From the IMG/VR virus record IMGVR_UViG_3300008117_000099: a stretch of 30,783 bases of DNA; one strand, given 5' to 3'. The notes beneath the pieces are model-generated. The model did no database searches, was not told where the DNA came from, and was given only the letters and a program-made list of their open reading frames with translations. A program made the translations under genes and the position numbers. Below are positions 1 to 7,602 of the stretch, one piece after another. The number at the start of each line of letters is the position of its first letter. The first letter of the stretch is position 1. This DNA comes from an uncultured virus (IMG/VR IMGVR_UViG_3300008117_000099). Taxonomy: Duplodnaviria > Heunggongvirae > Uroviricota > Caudoviricetes.

Positions 1-56
1 TGCCACATGAATTCCTCTAAACGCTTTGATGGTTCATCTTGCTGACGATTAATCAC
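1..56 (-). CDS. partial hypothetical protein (5' end; runs off the window)
   Basis: GTG start overlaps the TGA of the HNH gene (GTGA coupling); frame is open to the window edge (MINRQQDEPSKRLEEFMW...). Confidence 0.45.
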   Translation of the reverse strand, partial: MINRQQDEPSKRLEEFMW

Positions 57-343
57 TTCTCGTTCTCTTTCTTTCCTGCACGGCGCTTGTTTTCTTTAGC
101 GGTGTTCTTGCCATGCTTTAGAGGACGTAGGTTGCTGCCCTTGTCATTATTGTGGTTATTGTCCTTGTGGTCCACATCTGTGTCCTTAGACAACTTTCCA
201 TGCTTTGACTCGTAATCGGCCCTAGCTTTGTTTTTAGAGGTGGTAACCCACTTGCCGCCTACCTTTTTCTTGTAGACATAGATTGGACGTCCGCCATTGG
301 CCTTGGAGCCCTTATATGGGCCAAACTTTTTGGTCTCAGCCAT
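53..343 (-). CDS. small HNH endonuclease-domain protein
   Basis: Motif DVDHKDNNHNNDKGSNL...H.KN is typical of the HNH (beta-beta-alpha-Me) fold; TAATG coupling to the upstream ORF. Confidence 0.75.
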   Translation of the reverse strand: MAETKKFGPYKGSKANGGRPIYVYKKKVGGKWVTTSKNKARADYESKHGKLSKDTDVDHKDNNHNNDKGSNLRPLKHGKNTAKENKRRAGKKENEK

Positions 344-480
344 TACTTCTTAACTTTCTTTGGTTTAGCAACCTTTTTCTTTCCCGAACCTTCAGGAACG
401 CAATTAGGTACTTTCTTACCGTTTTTAGTTTTAAAACCTACTTGAACGTAACCATCCCAACAAGGACCTTGCTTAGCCAT
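343..480 (-). CDS. 45-aa basic protein with CWxGY...KxVPNCVP motif (not in ORF track)
   Basis: Manual translation MAKQGPCWDGYVQVGFKTKNGKKVPNCVPEGSGKKKVAKPKKVKK; TAATG overlaps at both ends. Confidence 0.8.
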   Translation of the reverse strand: MAKQGPCWDGYVQVGFKTKNGKKVPNCVPEGSGKKKVAKPKKVKK

Positions 481-692
481 TATTTTTTCTCCTTCTTGTG
501 AGGATTATCTTTGTGCCAATCCTTTACAGCTTTGACACCTTCTTTGACAGTTTTTGAACCGCCCTTTTTAGTCAAGTTAATTTTATCGTATTTTCCCGCT
601 TTGGCTTTTGCCTCGTGGTCAACAACAACATCACCCTTTTTGTTCTTCTTAACAGTGTGTTTAATACCTTGTACTTTAATTGTCTTTTTCAT
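480..692 (-). CDS. Lys-rich hypothetical protein
   Basis: 70-aa ORF tightly packed in the minus-strand operon. Confidence 0.75.
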   Translation of the reverse strand: MKKTIKVQGIKHTVKKNKKGDVVVDHEAKAKAGKYDKINLTKKGGSKTVKEGVKAVKDWHKDNPHKKEKK

Positions 693-698
693 GACGTC

Positions 699-953
699 CT
701 AGAACATTGAACCTGGACGCTGTGCATCATTACGTCCTTGATTCATGTATTCATTACGACCAGCAACGGCTCCTCTAACAGCTGCTTGCGGTACTGCAGA
801 CTTAGCGCCTTGAATTGCAGCAGATTTCATAGCTGTCATTCCTGCACCTTCTGCTGCTGCACCTGCCGCACCTTGTGCAGCACCTCTTGCAAGCATAGGG
901 GCTGCGGCGCGAGCAACCGCTCCAAGAATTGGTAAAAGTACTGGGGCTGGCAT
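699..953 (-). CDS. Ala/Gly-rich hypothetical protein
   Basis: 84-aa ORF, operon packing, GAGGT RBS upstream. Confidence 0.75.
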   Translation of the reverse strand: MPAPVLLPILGAVARAAAPMLARGAAQGAAGAAAEGAGMTAMKSAAIQGAKSAVPQAAVRGAVAGRNEYMNQGRNDAQRPGSMF

Positions 954-955
954 AA

Positions 956-1153
956 TTACCTCATATCCATATTACGTTTTGATTTGTTTAAAACATCAAT
1001 GGCATTCTCTGACACAGAATACCGTCCATAGCTTGGACGTGGGCCCGAAAACATTCCGTTATTAATATTGCGGAACTCTTTGACGCGGGAGGTACCTGTA
1101 CGTACACCTAGTGCATTCTGTGCACGAGTAGGTCCTAGAGCTGGGTCTTTCAT
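956..1153 (-). CDS. hypothetical protein
   Basis: ORF track 956..1165; likely start is ATG 1153 (MKDPALG), overlapping the upstream stop (ATGA). Confidence 0.65.
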   Translation of the reverse strand: MKDPALGPTRAQNALGVRTGTSRVKEFRNINNGMFSGPRPSYGRYSVSENAIDVLNKSKRNMDMR

Positions 1154-1311
1154 ATGCTCCACCATCCTTCATATTTAGCGTTCGGGTTTGCTTCTTTCCA
1201 TTCACGCATTAACTTGATTTCTTCTTCCCAGTTAATCTCGTGAGTCAAACGTCCACATAGAGAACAGACCTCTTCGTTCATGTTCTCGTATATGTGTTTG
1301 CAGTTTGTCAT
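1150..1311 (-). CDS. 53-aa hypothetical protein with CxH...CxxC motif (not in ORF track)
   Basis: Manual translation MTNCKHIYENMNEEVCSLCGRLTHEINWEEEIKLMREWKEANPNAKYEGWWSI; ATGA coupling on both sides. Confidence 0.7.
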   Translation of the reverse strand: MTNCKHIYENMNEEVCSLCGRLTHEINWEEEIKLMREWKEANPNAKYEGWWSI

Positions 1312-1451
1312 TTTTTATCTTTGTTTGAAGGGGGCCAAGTATCAAGTACTGCAGCAATTCTTCCATCCTTGCGTAGACGAACAATCTTGCCATCCTTGAT
1401 TTGAATAGGATTAAACTTAATGTGCTTCATGTATGAACCGCTGCTACTCAT
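1308..1451 (-). CDS. 47-aa hypothetical protein (not in ORF track)
   Basis: Manual translation MSSSGSYMKHIKFNPIQIKDGKIVRLRKDGRIAAVLDTWPPSNKDKK; fills the operon gap with overlaps. Confidence 0.7.
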   Translation of the reverse strand: MSSSGSYMKHIKFNPIQIKDGKIVRLRKDGRIAAVLDTWPPSNKDKK

Positions 1452-1776
1452 TTCTACTCGTCGCTTTCAACTCAGAGTTAGGGTTGCGGTCAACTTCTTT
1501 ACGTGCTCTACGTACATTTGGACTATCGGTAGCGGCATTGTTAGGTGCTTGCTCCATAAGGTGCGCCAGGATGTCTCGTCCACCACGCTGTCCTTTGTTA
1601 AAAGCAGCAATACGTGATGCGGCCCATTCCTGGTCTAACTTCTCTGCATCTTGCAGTGTTAGAGGTCCACGTTCTTTTTGTGCAGTAAGAATGTGCTCTA
1701 TAGCTTCTGGATGAAATCGGCTTGATAGATATCGGGAGGTTAATCCCTTTGCAGAATACTTACCCATTTGGGTCAC
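1444..1776 (-). CDS. hypothetical protein
   Basis: 110-aa ORF in operon; true start may be the ATG near 1767. Confidence 0.7.
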   Translation of the reverse strand: MTQMGKYSAKGLTSRYLSSRFHPEAIEHILTAQKERGPLTLQDAEKLDQEWAASRIAAFNKGQRGGRDILAHLMEQAPNNAATDSPNVRRARKEVDRNPNSELKATSRNE

Positions 1777-2044
1777 TCAATCCTAGGTAGTCCATCGCCT
1801 TATCAAAAGTACTTTTGCGCTTTTCAACTGGCTTTGACATAGCAATTGCTTCATCTTCATGCTTTGTCATCTCTGGGCTATCTTTGCCGCGGTTCAAAGG
1901 GATTGGCACAGTTTGTCCAGTGCGTTCTTTGACTCGACGAGTAGCAGTAAGGTCGATAACGCGGTGTGAGTCACTTGCACGGTTAGCAGGTGCTGTGCCA
2001 AATTTCATGCGAGGTCCAAAGCCCTCAAATGGTTCGTCTGTCAT
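1760..2044 (-). CDS. hypothetical protein
   Basis: 94-aa ORF, ATGA coupling to the upstream gene. Confidence 0.7.
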   Translation of the reverse strand: MTDEPFEGFGPRMKFGTAPANRASDSHRVIDLTATRRVKERTGQTVPIPLNRGKDSPEMTKHEDEAIAMSKPVEKRKSTFDKAMDYLGLSDPNG

Positions 2045-2772
2045 ACTCCAGCTTGTCCCCTTCCATAACGTGGAACAGAAAGACCTTGACGTTGTGCAAC
2101 AGAGGTTGCATTTGTCATGAGGTGCTCGAGTGCACCGATATCTCCGTGTTCTGGGTGGATATTAATTGATTGAATAATTCCTGAACGTGGATGCCACGAA
2201 ATAGAAGATTCATTATCTTCGTGTAGAAGTGTGGCAATATGATGTCCTCCACCCTTCTTACCAATCTTAGCTTTTTGCACTGTTACGCCTTGTGCAGGAT
2301 TGATTGTGCGCTCAGCAGGTCCTTTAACTTTACCTGACTTAGTGACGCACGAGCCGCCACTACACCGCACTCCCCACTCACCTGTACCGCGACGCTTCTC
2401 TTGTGGAATCTTAGATACGTGAATTGGTTCGCCTACACCCGGTGCAATTGACTTATCGCAGTTGTAACACTTTCCAGGATAACGATTTACATTCTGTCCA
2501 GACTCACGAGTATCTTTTGCAACAGAGAAATCAATTGTTGTTCCATACTCACGCTCTGTGCGATTTGGGTCATAGCCTTCACCATTTGGTCCGGTGATGC
2601 GACCTAAGCGATTTGTATCTCCAAGGCTTCTATCAATAAAACGTTGACGACCTGGAGAAATAAACTCTGGCATATCTGGGTCTTTTGCACTAGATGCACG
2701 AGGTGTTGTTGCACGCTTGGTCTTACCGGCACCTCGAATGATGCTAGCTGCACTCTTTTTCTTCTTAGCCAT
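2041..2772 (-). CDS. basic hypothetical protein with possible Zn-binding CxxC...CxxxxC
   Basis: 243-aa ORF, GGGGAG RBS upstream, CYNC and RCSGGSC motifs. Confidence 0.8.
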   Translation of the reverse strand: MAKKKKSAASIIRGAGKTKRATTPRASSAKDPDMPEFISPGRQRFIDRSLGDTNRLGRITGPNGEGYDPNRTEREYGTTIDFSVAKDTRESGQNVNRYPGKCYNCDKSIAPGVGEPIHVSKIPQEKRRGTGEWGVRCSGGSCVTKSGKVKGPAERTINPAQGVTVQKAKIGKKGGGHHIATLLHEDNESSISWHPRSGIIQSINIHPEHGDIGALEHLMTNATSVAQRQGLSVPRYGRGQAGV

Positions 2773-2787
2773 ATTGTAAATTCTCCC

Positions 2788-3021
2788 CTATAACCCTGTG
2801 TAATTCTCGCTTAATTCCACGTATTCCTTAAATGAGCACGACAACTCAGCCATAATCGCGGCATAGCTTCTTGGGTGTTTAGCAATGAAGTGTTTAGGTA
2901 TATCCGTGGCCTTGGACTTGCGGGATAGGCAGGCGTTGTTTATATCTGCTTCTATCAATTTAGCAAAGCGCCCAACCCGGTCGGGCCGGTCAGACTGCTC
3001 CAGAAGCCATGCGATAAACAT
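2788..3021 (-). CDS. YozE/SAM-like small protein
   Basis: N-terminal FxxWLxxQxxRxDxVGxFA pattern recalled from the YozE SAM-like family; leaderless start (TACCAT-N7-ATG). Confidence 0.55.
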   Translation of the reverse strand: MFIAWLLEQSDRPDRVGRFAKLIEADINNACLSRKSKATDIPKHFIAKHPRSYAAIMAELSCSFKEYVELSENYTGL

Positions 3022-3036
3022 GGCAGAAATGGTAGG

Positions 3037-3618
3037 TTAGAAACCCCTGCTGTGGCATTCCATAACTAAATTATTTACTGGCTTGCCACGAGAGAAATGA
3101 GCAGCGACTGTAGGGGACACGTTGTCGATAAGCACCTGGTGCATGCCTAGTCTCTTAATCCTCTTCTTCAGTATTGCCCCATCTTTATTCTCTTCGGCAA
3201 TCATGCCCATATACAAAATGGTCCAGATGACACAGGCTTCAAAGTCATCACGGTAATTCCAAGAGATTTCTTTAATCAGTTGAATGACGGGGGCCGTGTC
3301 AGCATATTTTGACCCTGCCGTAGTTGCGTCATAGATTTTCACGAAATCAGCATAGATATCTTTTGCTGGTCGTTCTTTGGACCACTGCCGAACGATGCGG
3401 AAATACCACACATCAGTTGGAAAGCGCATCCACCGCTTATTGCTACTGACGACATGGATGCACCAGTCATCAAAGCTACCTTTGCCAAAGTAGAGAGCGA
3501 CCTTATCGCCCTCAGTGGTAAAGGTGGCTACATGTTGCTTAAGCGCAGAATTCTTTCGGGTTCCAAAGTTTCGTTCAATTTGAGCAAGCGCAGTGTCCAG
3601 AGCAGTTTGACGGTCCAT
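3037..3618 (-). CDS. hypothetical protein (DUF7004-like body) with RecA-like N-terminal helix
   Basis: N-terminus MDRQTALDTALAQIERNFG resembles RecA residues ~1-20; body has FDDWC, PTDVWYF, DFVKIYD, GMIAEENK, LKKRIKRLG, FSRG motifs (family assignment from memory). Confidence 0.75.
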   Translation of the reverse strand: MDRQTALDTALAQIERNFGTRKNSALKQHVATFTTEGDKVALYFGKGSFDDWCIHVVSSNKRWMRFPTDVWYFRIVRQWSKERPAKDIYADFVKIYDATTAGSKYADTAPVIQLIKEISWNYRDDFEACVIWTILYMGMIAEENKDGAILKKRIKRLGMHQVLIDNVSPTVAAHFSRGKPVNNLVMECHSRGF

Positions 3619-3700
3619 CCTCAGATGCTATCACTTCGGCTACTGCCTCGCTATTTTCGATTGAAATTAATTTTGCGTTACCGCAGTTTTCGCTACACAT
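3575..3700 (-). CDS. putative 41-aa Cys-rich leaderless peptide (not in ORF track)
   Basis: MCSENCGNAKLISIENSEAVAEVIASEDGPSNCSGHCACSN; ATG lies 6 nt after TACACT, the same geometry as the neighbouring promoter; overlaps the next gene by 44 nt. Confidence 0.35.
   Translation of the reverse strand: MCSENCGNAKLISIENSEAVAEVIASEDGPSNCSGHCACSN
3619..3647 (-). promoter_or_regulatory. leftward leaderless promoter GGCAGTAGCCGAA-N4-TAGCAT-N6-ATG
   Basis: 13-mer at 3635-3647; -10-like box at 3625-3630; ATG at 3618. Confidence 0.6.
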
Positions 3701-3729
3701 GGGAAAAGTGTAACAGTTCGGCTACTGCC
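3701..3729 (-). promoter_or_regulatory. leftward promoter GGCAGTAGCCGAA-N4-TACACT-N6-ATG
   Basis: Identical 13-mer at 3717-3729 with identical spacing to TANNNT and to ATG (3700). Confidence 0.55.
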
Positions 3730-3770
3730 TGGAATTCTAGGTGTTACCTGTTGTTGTCTCCTGGCGGGGG

Positions 3771-3863
3771 TGTGACGGGGGTCACAGTCTAATGGTGGGG
3801 GGTCTGCTGTGATAGAGGTCACACCGCTGGGTGGCAGGTTGGCAGGGTATGCGGGTGTATCTT
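3771..3863 (+). promoter_or_regulatory. repeat module 1 (downstream half only): two TGTGA-N6-TCACA boxes, GGGTGGCAGGTT, -10
   Basis: Boxes 3771-3786 and 3808-3823; 12-mer 3829-3840; 17-nt spacer; TATCTT 3858-3863. Confidence 0.8.
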
Positions 3864-3906
3864 TATCTTATTAGCAACAGTGCTAATACCTAACAAGGGG
3901 CTACCA

Positions 3907-4332
3907 ATGAACGAAGCAACACCAACACCTGAGGTCACACTTGCTGACCGCTACGACTCAACCGCTGTAATCGTGCTCAACCCTAGCGAGTACGTCGAGA
4001 AGTCAGCACTCGACTTGAACTACGACCTCCGTCGTCTCGAGTCATATCGCTCAATCGCTAACAATCAGACATCTAACATCGAGTCTGTCAAAGAGTATCT
4101 CATCGAGAACTACGATGAACTAGGAGGTCATGCCGATTCAATCGCTGAACTTCTCGACATCGAACTTACTCGTGAAGTCGAGTACACCGTCACCATGACC
4201 GCTACGGTCACCGTCACTATCAAGCCGGGCGACGATGCAGACTCACTCATCTCCGACAGTCTCTACATCGAGTCCAACGACAGCAATGTCACCGTCGACG
4301 ATTGCACCGTCGATTACACCAACGAGGCTTAG
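3907..4332 (+). CDS. acidic hypothetical early protein
   Basis: ORF track 3880..4332; AAGGGG RBS places the start at ATG 3907. Confidence 0.8.
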   Translation: MNEATPTPEVTLADRYDSTAVIVLNPSEYVEKSALDLNYDLRRLESYRSIANNQTSNIESVKEYLIENYDELGGHADSIAELLDIELTREVEYTVTMTATVTVTIKPGDDADSLISDSLYIESNDSNVTVDDCTVDYTNEA

Positions 4333-4344
4333 GTAGCCCTAAGA

Positions 4345-4377
4345 CACGAGCCCCTCGCTTCGGCGGGGGGCTTCGTG
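4345..4377 (+). terminator. GC-rich hairpin with C(UUCG)G loop
   Basis: CACGAGCCCCTCGC-TTCG-GCGGGGGGCTTCGTG just after the stop codon. Confidence 0.65.
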
Positions 4378-4393
4378 CTGCCCGCGCCCCAAT

Positions 4394-4517
4394 TGTTTGT
4401 GTTGGCCCACCCACCCCGTTACTTAGGGAGTAAGGGAAGAAGAGATTGTGACCTACATCACTGTGACTAGCATCACAGAGTCGGGTGGCAGGTTGGGGGG
4501 TTGGCTGGCTGTAATGT
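4394..4517 (+). promoter_or_regulatory. repeat module 2
   Basis: TGTTTGTGTTGGCCCACCCACCC; boxes 4447-4462 (1 mismatch) and 4462-4477; 12-mer 4483-4494; 17 nt; TAATGT. Confidence 0.85.
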
Positions 4518-4556
4518 TCTCTATGTAAGGCAAACAACCACTAAAGGGGGCAATGT

Positions 4557-4748
4557 ATGACACGCAAGGATTATGTAGCAATCGCAAAAGCAATTTCTGC
4601 GGTTCGTGAATTTTCTTATCTAAAAGGTGATTTGAATTTTCAGGCAGGAATTGACCAAGTCACTGGAGCAATCTCTCAGGTTCTACAGGACGACAATCCA
4701 CGCTTCGACCGTGACCGCTTCATCACTGCAACGATGGGAGGCAACTAA
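4557..4748 (+). CDS. hypothetical phage protein (MTRKDY...DNPRFDRDRF)
   Basis: 63 aa, AAAGGGGG RBS. Confidence 0.8.
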   Translation: MTRKDYVAIAKAISAVREFSYLKGDLNFQAGIDQVTGAISQVLQDDNPRFDRDRFITATMGGN

Positions 4749-4963
4749 TGAGCCAAGTAGTTGAGATTCGTCTAACGGTTCCGCAAATTATCGTTCTCCG
4801 CCAAATGCTTCAGTTGGAAATAACTTCCAACCTACGAATGAGCAAGCACGAAACGGCTCTCCACGCTTTCAAGCGATTGACAGGAGTAGACCCAGGCAGA
4901 GGAGCCAAGGGACGGCAGCGAGCCTTAGACATACTGGCTCAGTTCGACATCGACGAGGACTAG
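4748..4963 (+). CDS. hypothetical protein
   Basis: 71 aa, TAATG coupling, GGAGG RBS. Confidence 0.8.
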   Translation: MSQVVEIRLTVPQIIVLRQMLQLEITSNLRMSKHETALHAFKRLTGVDPGRGAKGRQRALDILAQFDIDED

Positions 4964-4969
4964 GAGTGA

Positions 4970-4991
4970 GGCGGGGGTGAAAGCCCCCGCC
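4970..4991 (+). terminator. hairpin with GAAA loop
   Basis: GGCGGGGGT-GAAA-GCCCCCGCC after the stop. Confidence 0.65.
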
Positions 4992-5017
4992 GACACGCCC
5001 GACCGCGTGGCAGAAAA

Positions 5018-5128
5018 GTTTGTGTTGGCCCGCCCTCCCCATTCTCTATAAGGGAATTAGGGAAGAAGAGAGTGTGATGAGTATCACATTATCGGGTGGC
5101 AGGTTTGGTACTGGGCATGGCATAGATT
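5018..5128 (+). promoter_or_regulatory. repeat module 3
   Basis: GTTTGTGTTGGCCCGCCCTCCCC; box 5073-5088; 12-mer 5094-5105; 17 nt; TAGATT. Confidence 0.85.
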
Positions 5129-5151
5129 TGGTTATGAAAGGGGGCAATCAA

Positions 5152-5442
5152 ATGGATAAAGCAACGACCGACCGCATGGCGTCATTATTTTTCGCTATGT
5201 TCGGCAACGACAATAACGATGAGTTATTCGTCACTGATGATGATAAAGATTTCTTTATGAATCATCTCGGTTCCTTTGCTGAACTCATGGCTAATCAAGC
5301 CGTTGAGTTTCTCACCGACCAATTCAGCGTCGATGAGCGTGCTGCCAAAATGGTGATTCATGGTACCGCCATGCTTCACAAGATGTTAGGCGCACAATCC
5401 TTCTCAGACTTCCTCATCACTGAGCAATTAGCAGACCAGTAA
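5152..5442 (+). CDS. hypothetical protein
   Basis: The ORF-track extension from 5020 runs through the repeat; AAAGGGGG RBS gives ATG 5152 (MDKATTDRM). Confidence 0.8.
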   Translation: MDKATTDRMASLFFAMFGNDNNDELFVTDDDKDFFMNHLGSFAELMANQAVEFLTDQFSVDERAAKMVIHGTAMLHKMLGAQSFSDFLITEQLADQ

Positions 5443-5454
5443 TCGCCGGTCATG

Positions 5455-5480
5455 GTGGGGGCGGGGCAACCCGCTCCCAC
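5455..5480 (+). terminator. hairpin with GCAA loop
   Basis: GTGGGGGCGGG-GCAA-CCCGCTCCCAC. Confidence 0.65.
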
Positions 5481-5501
5481 ACCCCGCGACCCGCGGAAAA
5501 A

Positions 5502-5617
5502 TGTTTGTGTTGAGCAGCCCACCCACCCTGCTCTTATATATGGGAATAAGGGAGGGAGAGAATGTGATGTAAGTCACAAAGTCGGGTGGCAGGTTTGTCG
5601 GTGGCAGGGTATAGATT
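5502..5617 (+). promoter_or_regulatory. repeat module 4
   Basis: TGTTTGTGTTG...GCCCACCCACCC; box 5563-5578; 12-mer 5584-5595; 16 nt; TAGATT. Confidence 0.85.
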
Positions 5618-5640
5618 TAGAAATGAAAGGGGGCGGATAA

Positions 5641-5895
5641 ATGATTAGACCGCTAAATGAAATCGCTTTAGAAATAAATAGCGATTGCAGTGGTAAGCCT
5701 TGGTATAACTATGCCAAGCCTTATGTTCAAGCCATGATGTCTCTGAATAGTATCAAAGATACTTATGGTCTAGATAGTGGGTATAGCGTAGTTAGTTATG
5801 CTCTAGCCAATCTCACCTATTGGAGGGGAGACACGGCACGCCGCGTAAAGGCGGAATTGAAGCAACACCTAAAGGGGGTGGCTGTAAGTGGGTGA
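5641..5895 (+). CDS. hypothetical phage protein
   Basis: 84 aa, AAAGGGGG RBS; AKPY..AM and NLTYWRG..ARRVKAEL motifs. Confidence 0.8.
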   Translation: MIRPLNEIALEINSDCSGKPWYNYAKPYVQAMMSLNSIKDTYGLDSGYSVVSYALANLTYWRGDTARRVKAELKQHLKGVAVSG

Positions 5896-6283
5896 CCGCG
5901 CTAATTTCGGGTTCCGTGATAGTAAGGGCAACACGCTCTTTCTATACGGACACTGGGCGGGTAGCGAAATGTTCGCTCAACTCGCAAACGCACTGGATAG
6001 TGCACGCAGTCGGTGGGGCGACGAAGGGTACGCAACGCGTATCTGTGTCTCGCAGATTGTCAATCACGATTGGAGTCAACCACTATCGTGGGGACTCTAT
6101 GTCAATCAGATTGGAGACAATGAGCATCATGTCCCAATCGTGGACTGGAAGTCTCAGACCATGGGACTCTATGCGTTCGATTGGACTTGGGGAGACACCA
6201 AGATTCGATACCTCGCAGATGAGCCAAAGTTCACAATGCCACTAGAAGAATTCGTGGCGAAGTATCAGAAGGTGCTGGCATGA
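5888..6283 (+). CDS. hypothetical phage protein
   Basis: 131 aa, GTG start with AAGGGGG RBS; MGDRAN...LYGHWAG motif. Confidence 0.8.
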   Translation: MGDRANFGFRDSKGNTLFLYGHWAGSEMFAQLANALDSARSRWGDEGYATRICVSQIVNHDWSQPLSWGLYVNQIGDNEHHVPIVDWKSQTMGLYAFDWTWGDTKIRYLADEPKFTMPLEEFVAKYQKVLA

Positions 6284-6402
6284 GGTACATAATCACGCTG
6301 GCAGTTGAGAGCGAGAATGACCCAAGAACCGATTGGGTATTCGAGGAGACTCTAGTAGTCGACCGATATGAAGTTCTCAATATCGAGGTTTCTGCCCCCT
6401 AG
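6280..6402 (+). CDS. 40-aa acidic hypothetical protein (not in ORF track)
   Basis: ATGA coupling; MRYIITLAVESENDPRTDWVFEETLVVDRYEVLNIEVSAP; ends just before the hairpin. Confidence 0.65.
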   Translation: MRYIITLAVESENDPRTDWVFEETLVVDRYEVLNIEVSAP

Positions 6403-6414
6403 CAGAAAACGCGA

Positions 6415-6443
6415 GAGCCCGGGTTTTCAGGTAGCCCGGGCTC
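6415..6443 (+). terminator. GC-rich hairpin
   Basis: GAGCCCGGGTT-N7-AGCCCGGGCTC. Confidence 0.6.
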
Positions 6444-6461
6444 GCCGCGGCTCGCGGGAAA

Positions 6462-6571
6462 TGTTTGTGTTGAAGCCCACCCTCCCTCATTACTGGGAAA
6501 TAGGGAAATAAGAGAGTGACGGACATCACACTTTTGGGTGGCAGGTTTTGTCGGTTTAGCGTGATTAGATT
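6462..6571 (+). promoter_or_regulatory. repeat module 5
   Basis: TGTTTGTGTTGAAGCCCACCCTCCC; box AGTGA-N6-TCACA 6515-6530; 12-mer 6536-6547; 18 nt; TAGATT. Confidence 0.85.
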
Positions 6572-6602
6572 CTCTCAACCTACCGAAAGGGGCTAACGCC
6601 AA

Positions 6603-6821
6603 ATGGAAACACCAGACGGCAAGAAAATGGTGGCAGTACCTTTTACTGTCCAATTCACTACTTGGTTTGCTGAGGATAAGTTCCCAGCGTATGTTCCGCA
6701 AGAAGTGTTAGAAGAAATGTGTAAGCAAGGTTTTGTGGAGTTATCCGCAGAAATGATGGAAAAACTGAATAAGGATTGGTCTGCTATCTATCTAGAAGTA
6801 TCCGAGAAGGTGAGTGCGTAA
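6603..6821 (+). CDS. hypothetical protein
   Basis: 72 aa, AAAGGGG RBS. Confidence 0.75.
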   Translation: METPDGKKMVAVPFTVQFTTWFAEDKFPAYVPQEVLEEMCKQGFVELSAEMMEKLNKDWSAIYLEVSEKVSA

Positions 6822-7403
6822 ATGGGTATGGATGTATATGGCAAGTCACCTGCCAATGAAAGTGGTGAGTATTTCCGCAACAATGTGTGGTGGTGGCGAC
6901 CACTATGGGATTACTGTGTATCAGTAGCACCCGACCTATGTGAAGGCGTAAGCGGTCACTATAACGACGGCGACGGATTAGAAGCCGAAGGCGCAATACG
7001 CCTAGCGGAAATCCTGCTCGCTGAAATCGAGAGTGGGCGAACCGCACAATACGGCAAGGAGCGTGACGAGTTCCTAGAAGCAATCCCTAATGAAGAGTGC
7101 TCTGCTTGTAAGGGTAGTGGGTGGATTACTCCGCCAACCGAAATGCAGAACGCTGAGTTTATGGATTATGTGACCGATATGGTCAAGAGTGGTCAAGTGG
7201 TAACGCTGGACTCTACTGAGAATCAGTTCATCAAGGCTATGGAAGAGGGCATAAGCACCCAAATCAAAGAGCCGAAACAATGCGGTGGATGTGACGGCAA
7301 GGGCGAACGCCGACCTTGGGATACTCACTATCCATTCTCCGTTGATAATGTTCGAGAGTTTGCTGAGTTTTGTAAAAACTCTGGCGGATTCGAGATTTGC
7401 TAG
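6822..7403 (+). CDS. hypothetical protein with DnaJ-type CxxCxGxG zinc motifs
   Basis: CSACKGSG and CGGCDGKG; YFRNNVWWWRPLW and FCKNSGGFEIC motifs. Confidence 0.85.
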   Translation: MGMDVYGKSPANESGEYFRNNVWWWRPLWDYCVSVAPDLCEGVSGHYNDGDGLEAEGAIRLAEILLAEIESGRTAQYGKERDEFLEAIPNEECSACKGSGWITPPTEMQNAEFMDYVTDMVKSGQVVTLDSTENQFIKAMEEGISTQIKEPKQCGGCDGKGERRPWDTHYPFSVDNVREFAEFCKNSGGFEIC

Positions 7404-7421
7404 GTAGGTTAGCAAAGGCGA

Positions 7422-7445
7422 GTGTGGCAGGGCGACCTGCCACAC
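7422..7445 (+). terminator. perfect hairpin with GCGA loop
   Basis: GTGTGGCAGG-GCGA-CCTGCCACAC. Confidence 0.65.
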
Positions 7446-7460
7446 GACCCGCCCGCGAAA

Positions 7461-7571
7461 TGTTTGTGTTGGTAGCCCACCCACCCACATAAGGGGAAAT
7501 GGGGAAAGAAGAGAGTGTGACCTATATCACACCGGCGGGTGGCAGGTTTGTAAGTAATGAGGGTATAGATT
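7461..7571 (+). promoter_or_regulatory. repeat module 6
   Basis: TGTTTGTGTTGGTAGCCCACCCACCC; box 7516-7531; 12-mer 7537-7548; 17 nt; TAGATT. Confidence 0.85.
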
Positions 7572-7602
7572 TATCTCACCTAATCAGAAAGGGGCTAATC
7601 GT

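Noticed and set aside
3454..3792. 112-aa plus-strand ORF
   Set aside because: It is antisense to the 3037-3618 gene and crosses the divergent promoter region.
3826..3834. Chi-like GCTGGGTGG within modules 1 and 8
   Set aside because: It is not the E. coli Chi sequence (GCTGGTGG), the 5' bases are not conserved in other copies, and the fixed spacing to -10 boxes fits a promoter role better.
5020..5151. N-terminal extensions of track ORFs starting at 5020 and 10273
   Set aside because: They run through the promoter element; RBS-supported starts are 5152 and 10372.
5452..5640. 62-aa ORF, plus similar track ORFs at 4289-4537, 6399-6701, 8076-8400, 8915-9235 and 10083-10352
   Set aside because: They are translations of the intergenic repeat (recurring PTQTF or VGWQV strings) or antisense overlaps, with no RBS support.
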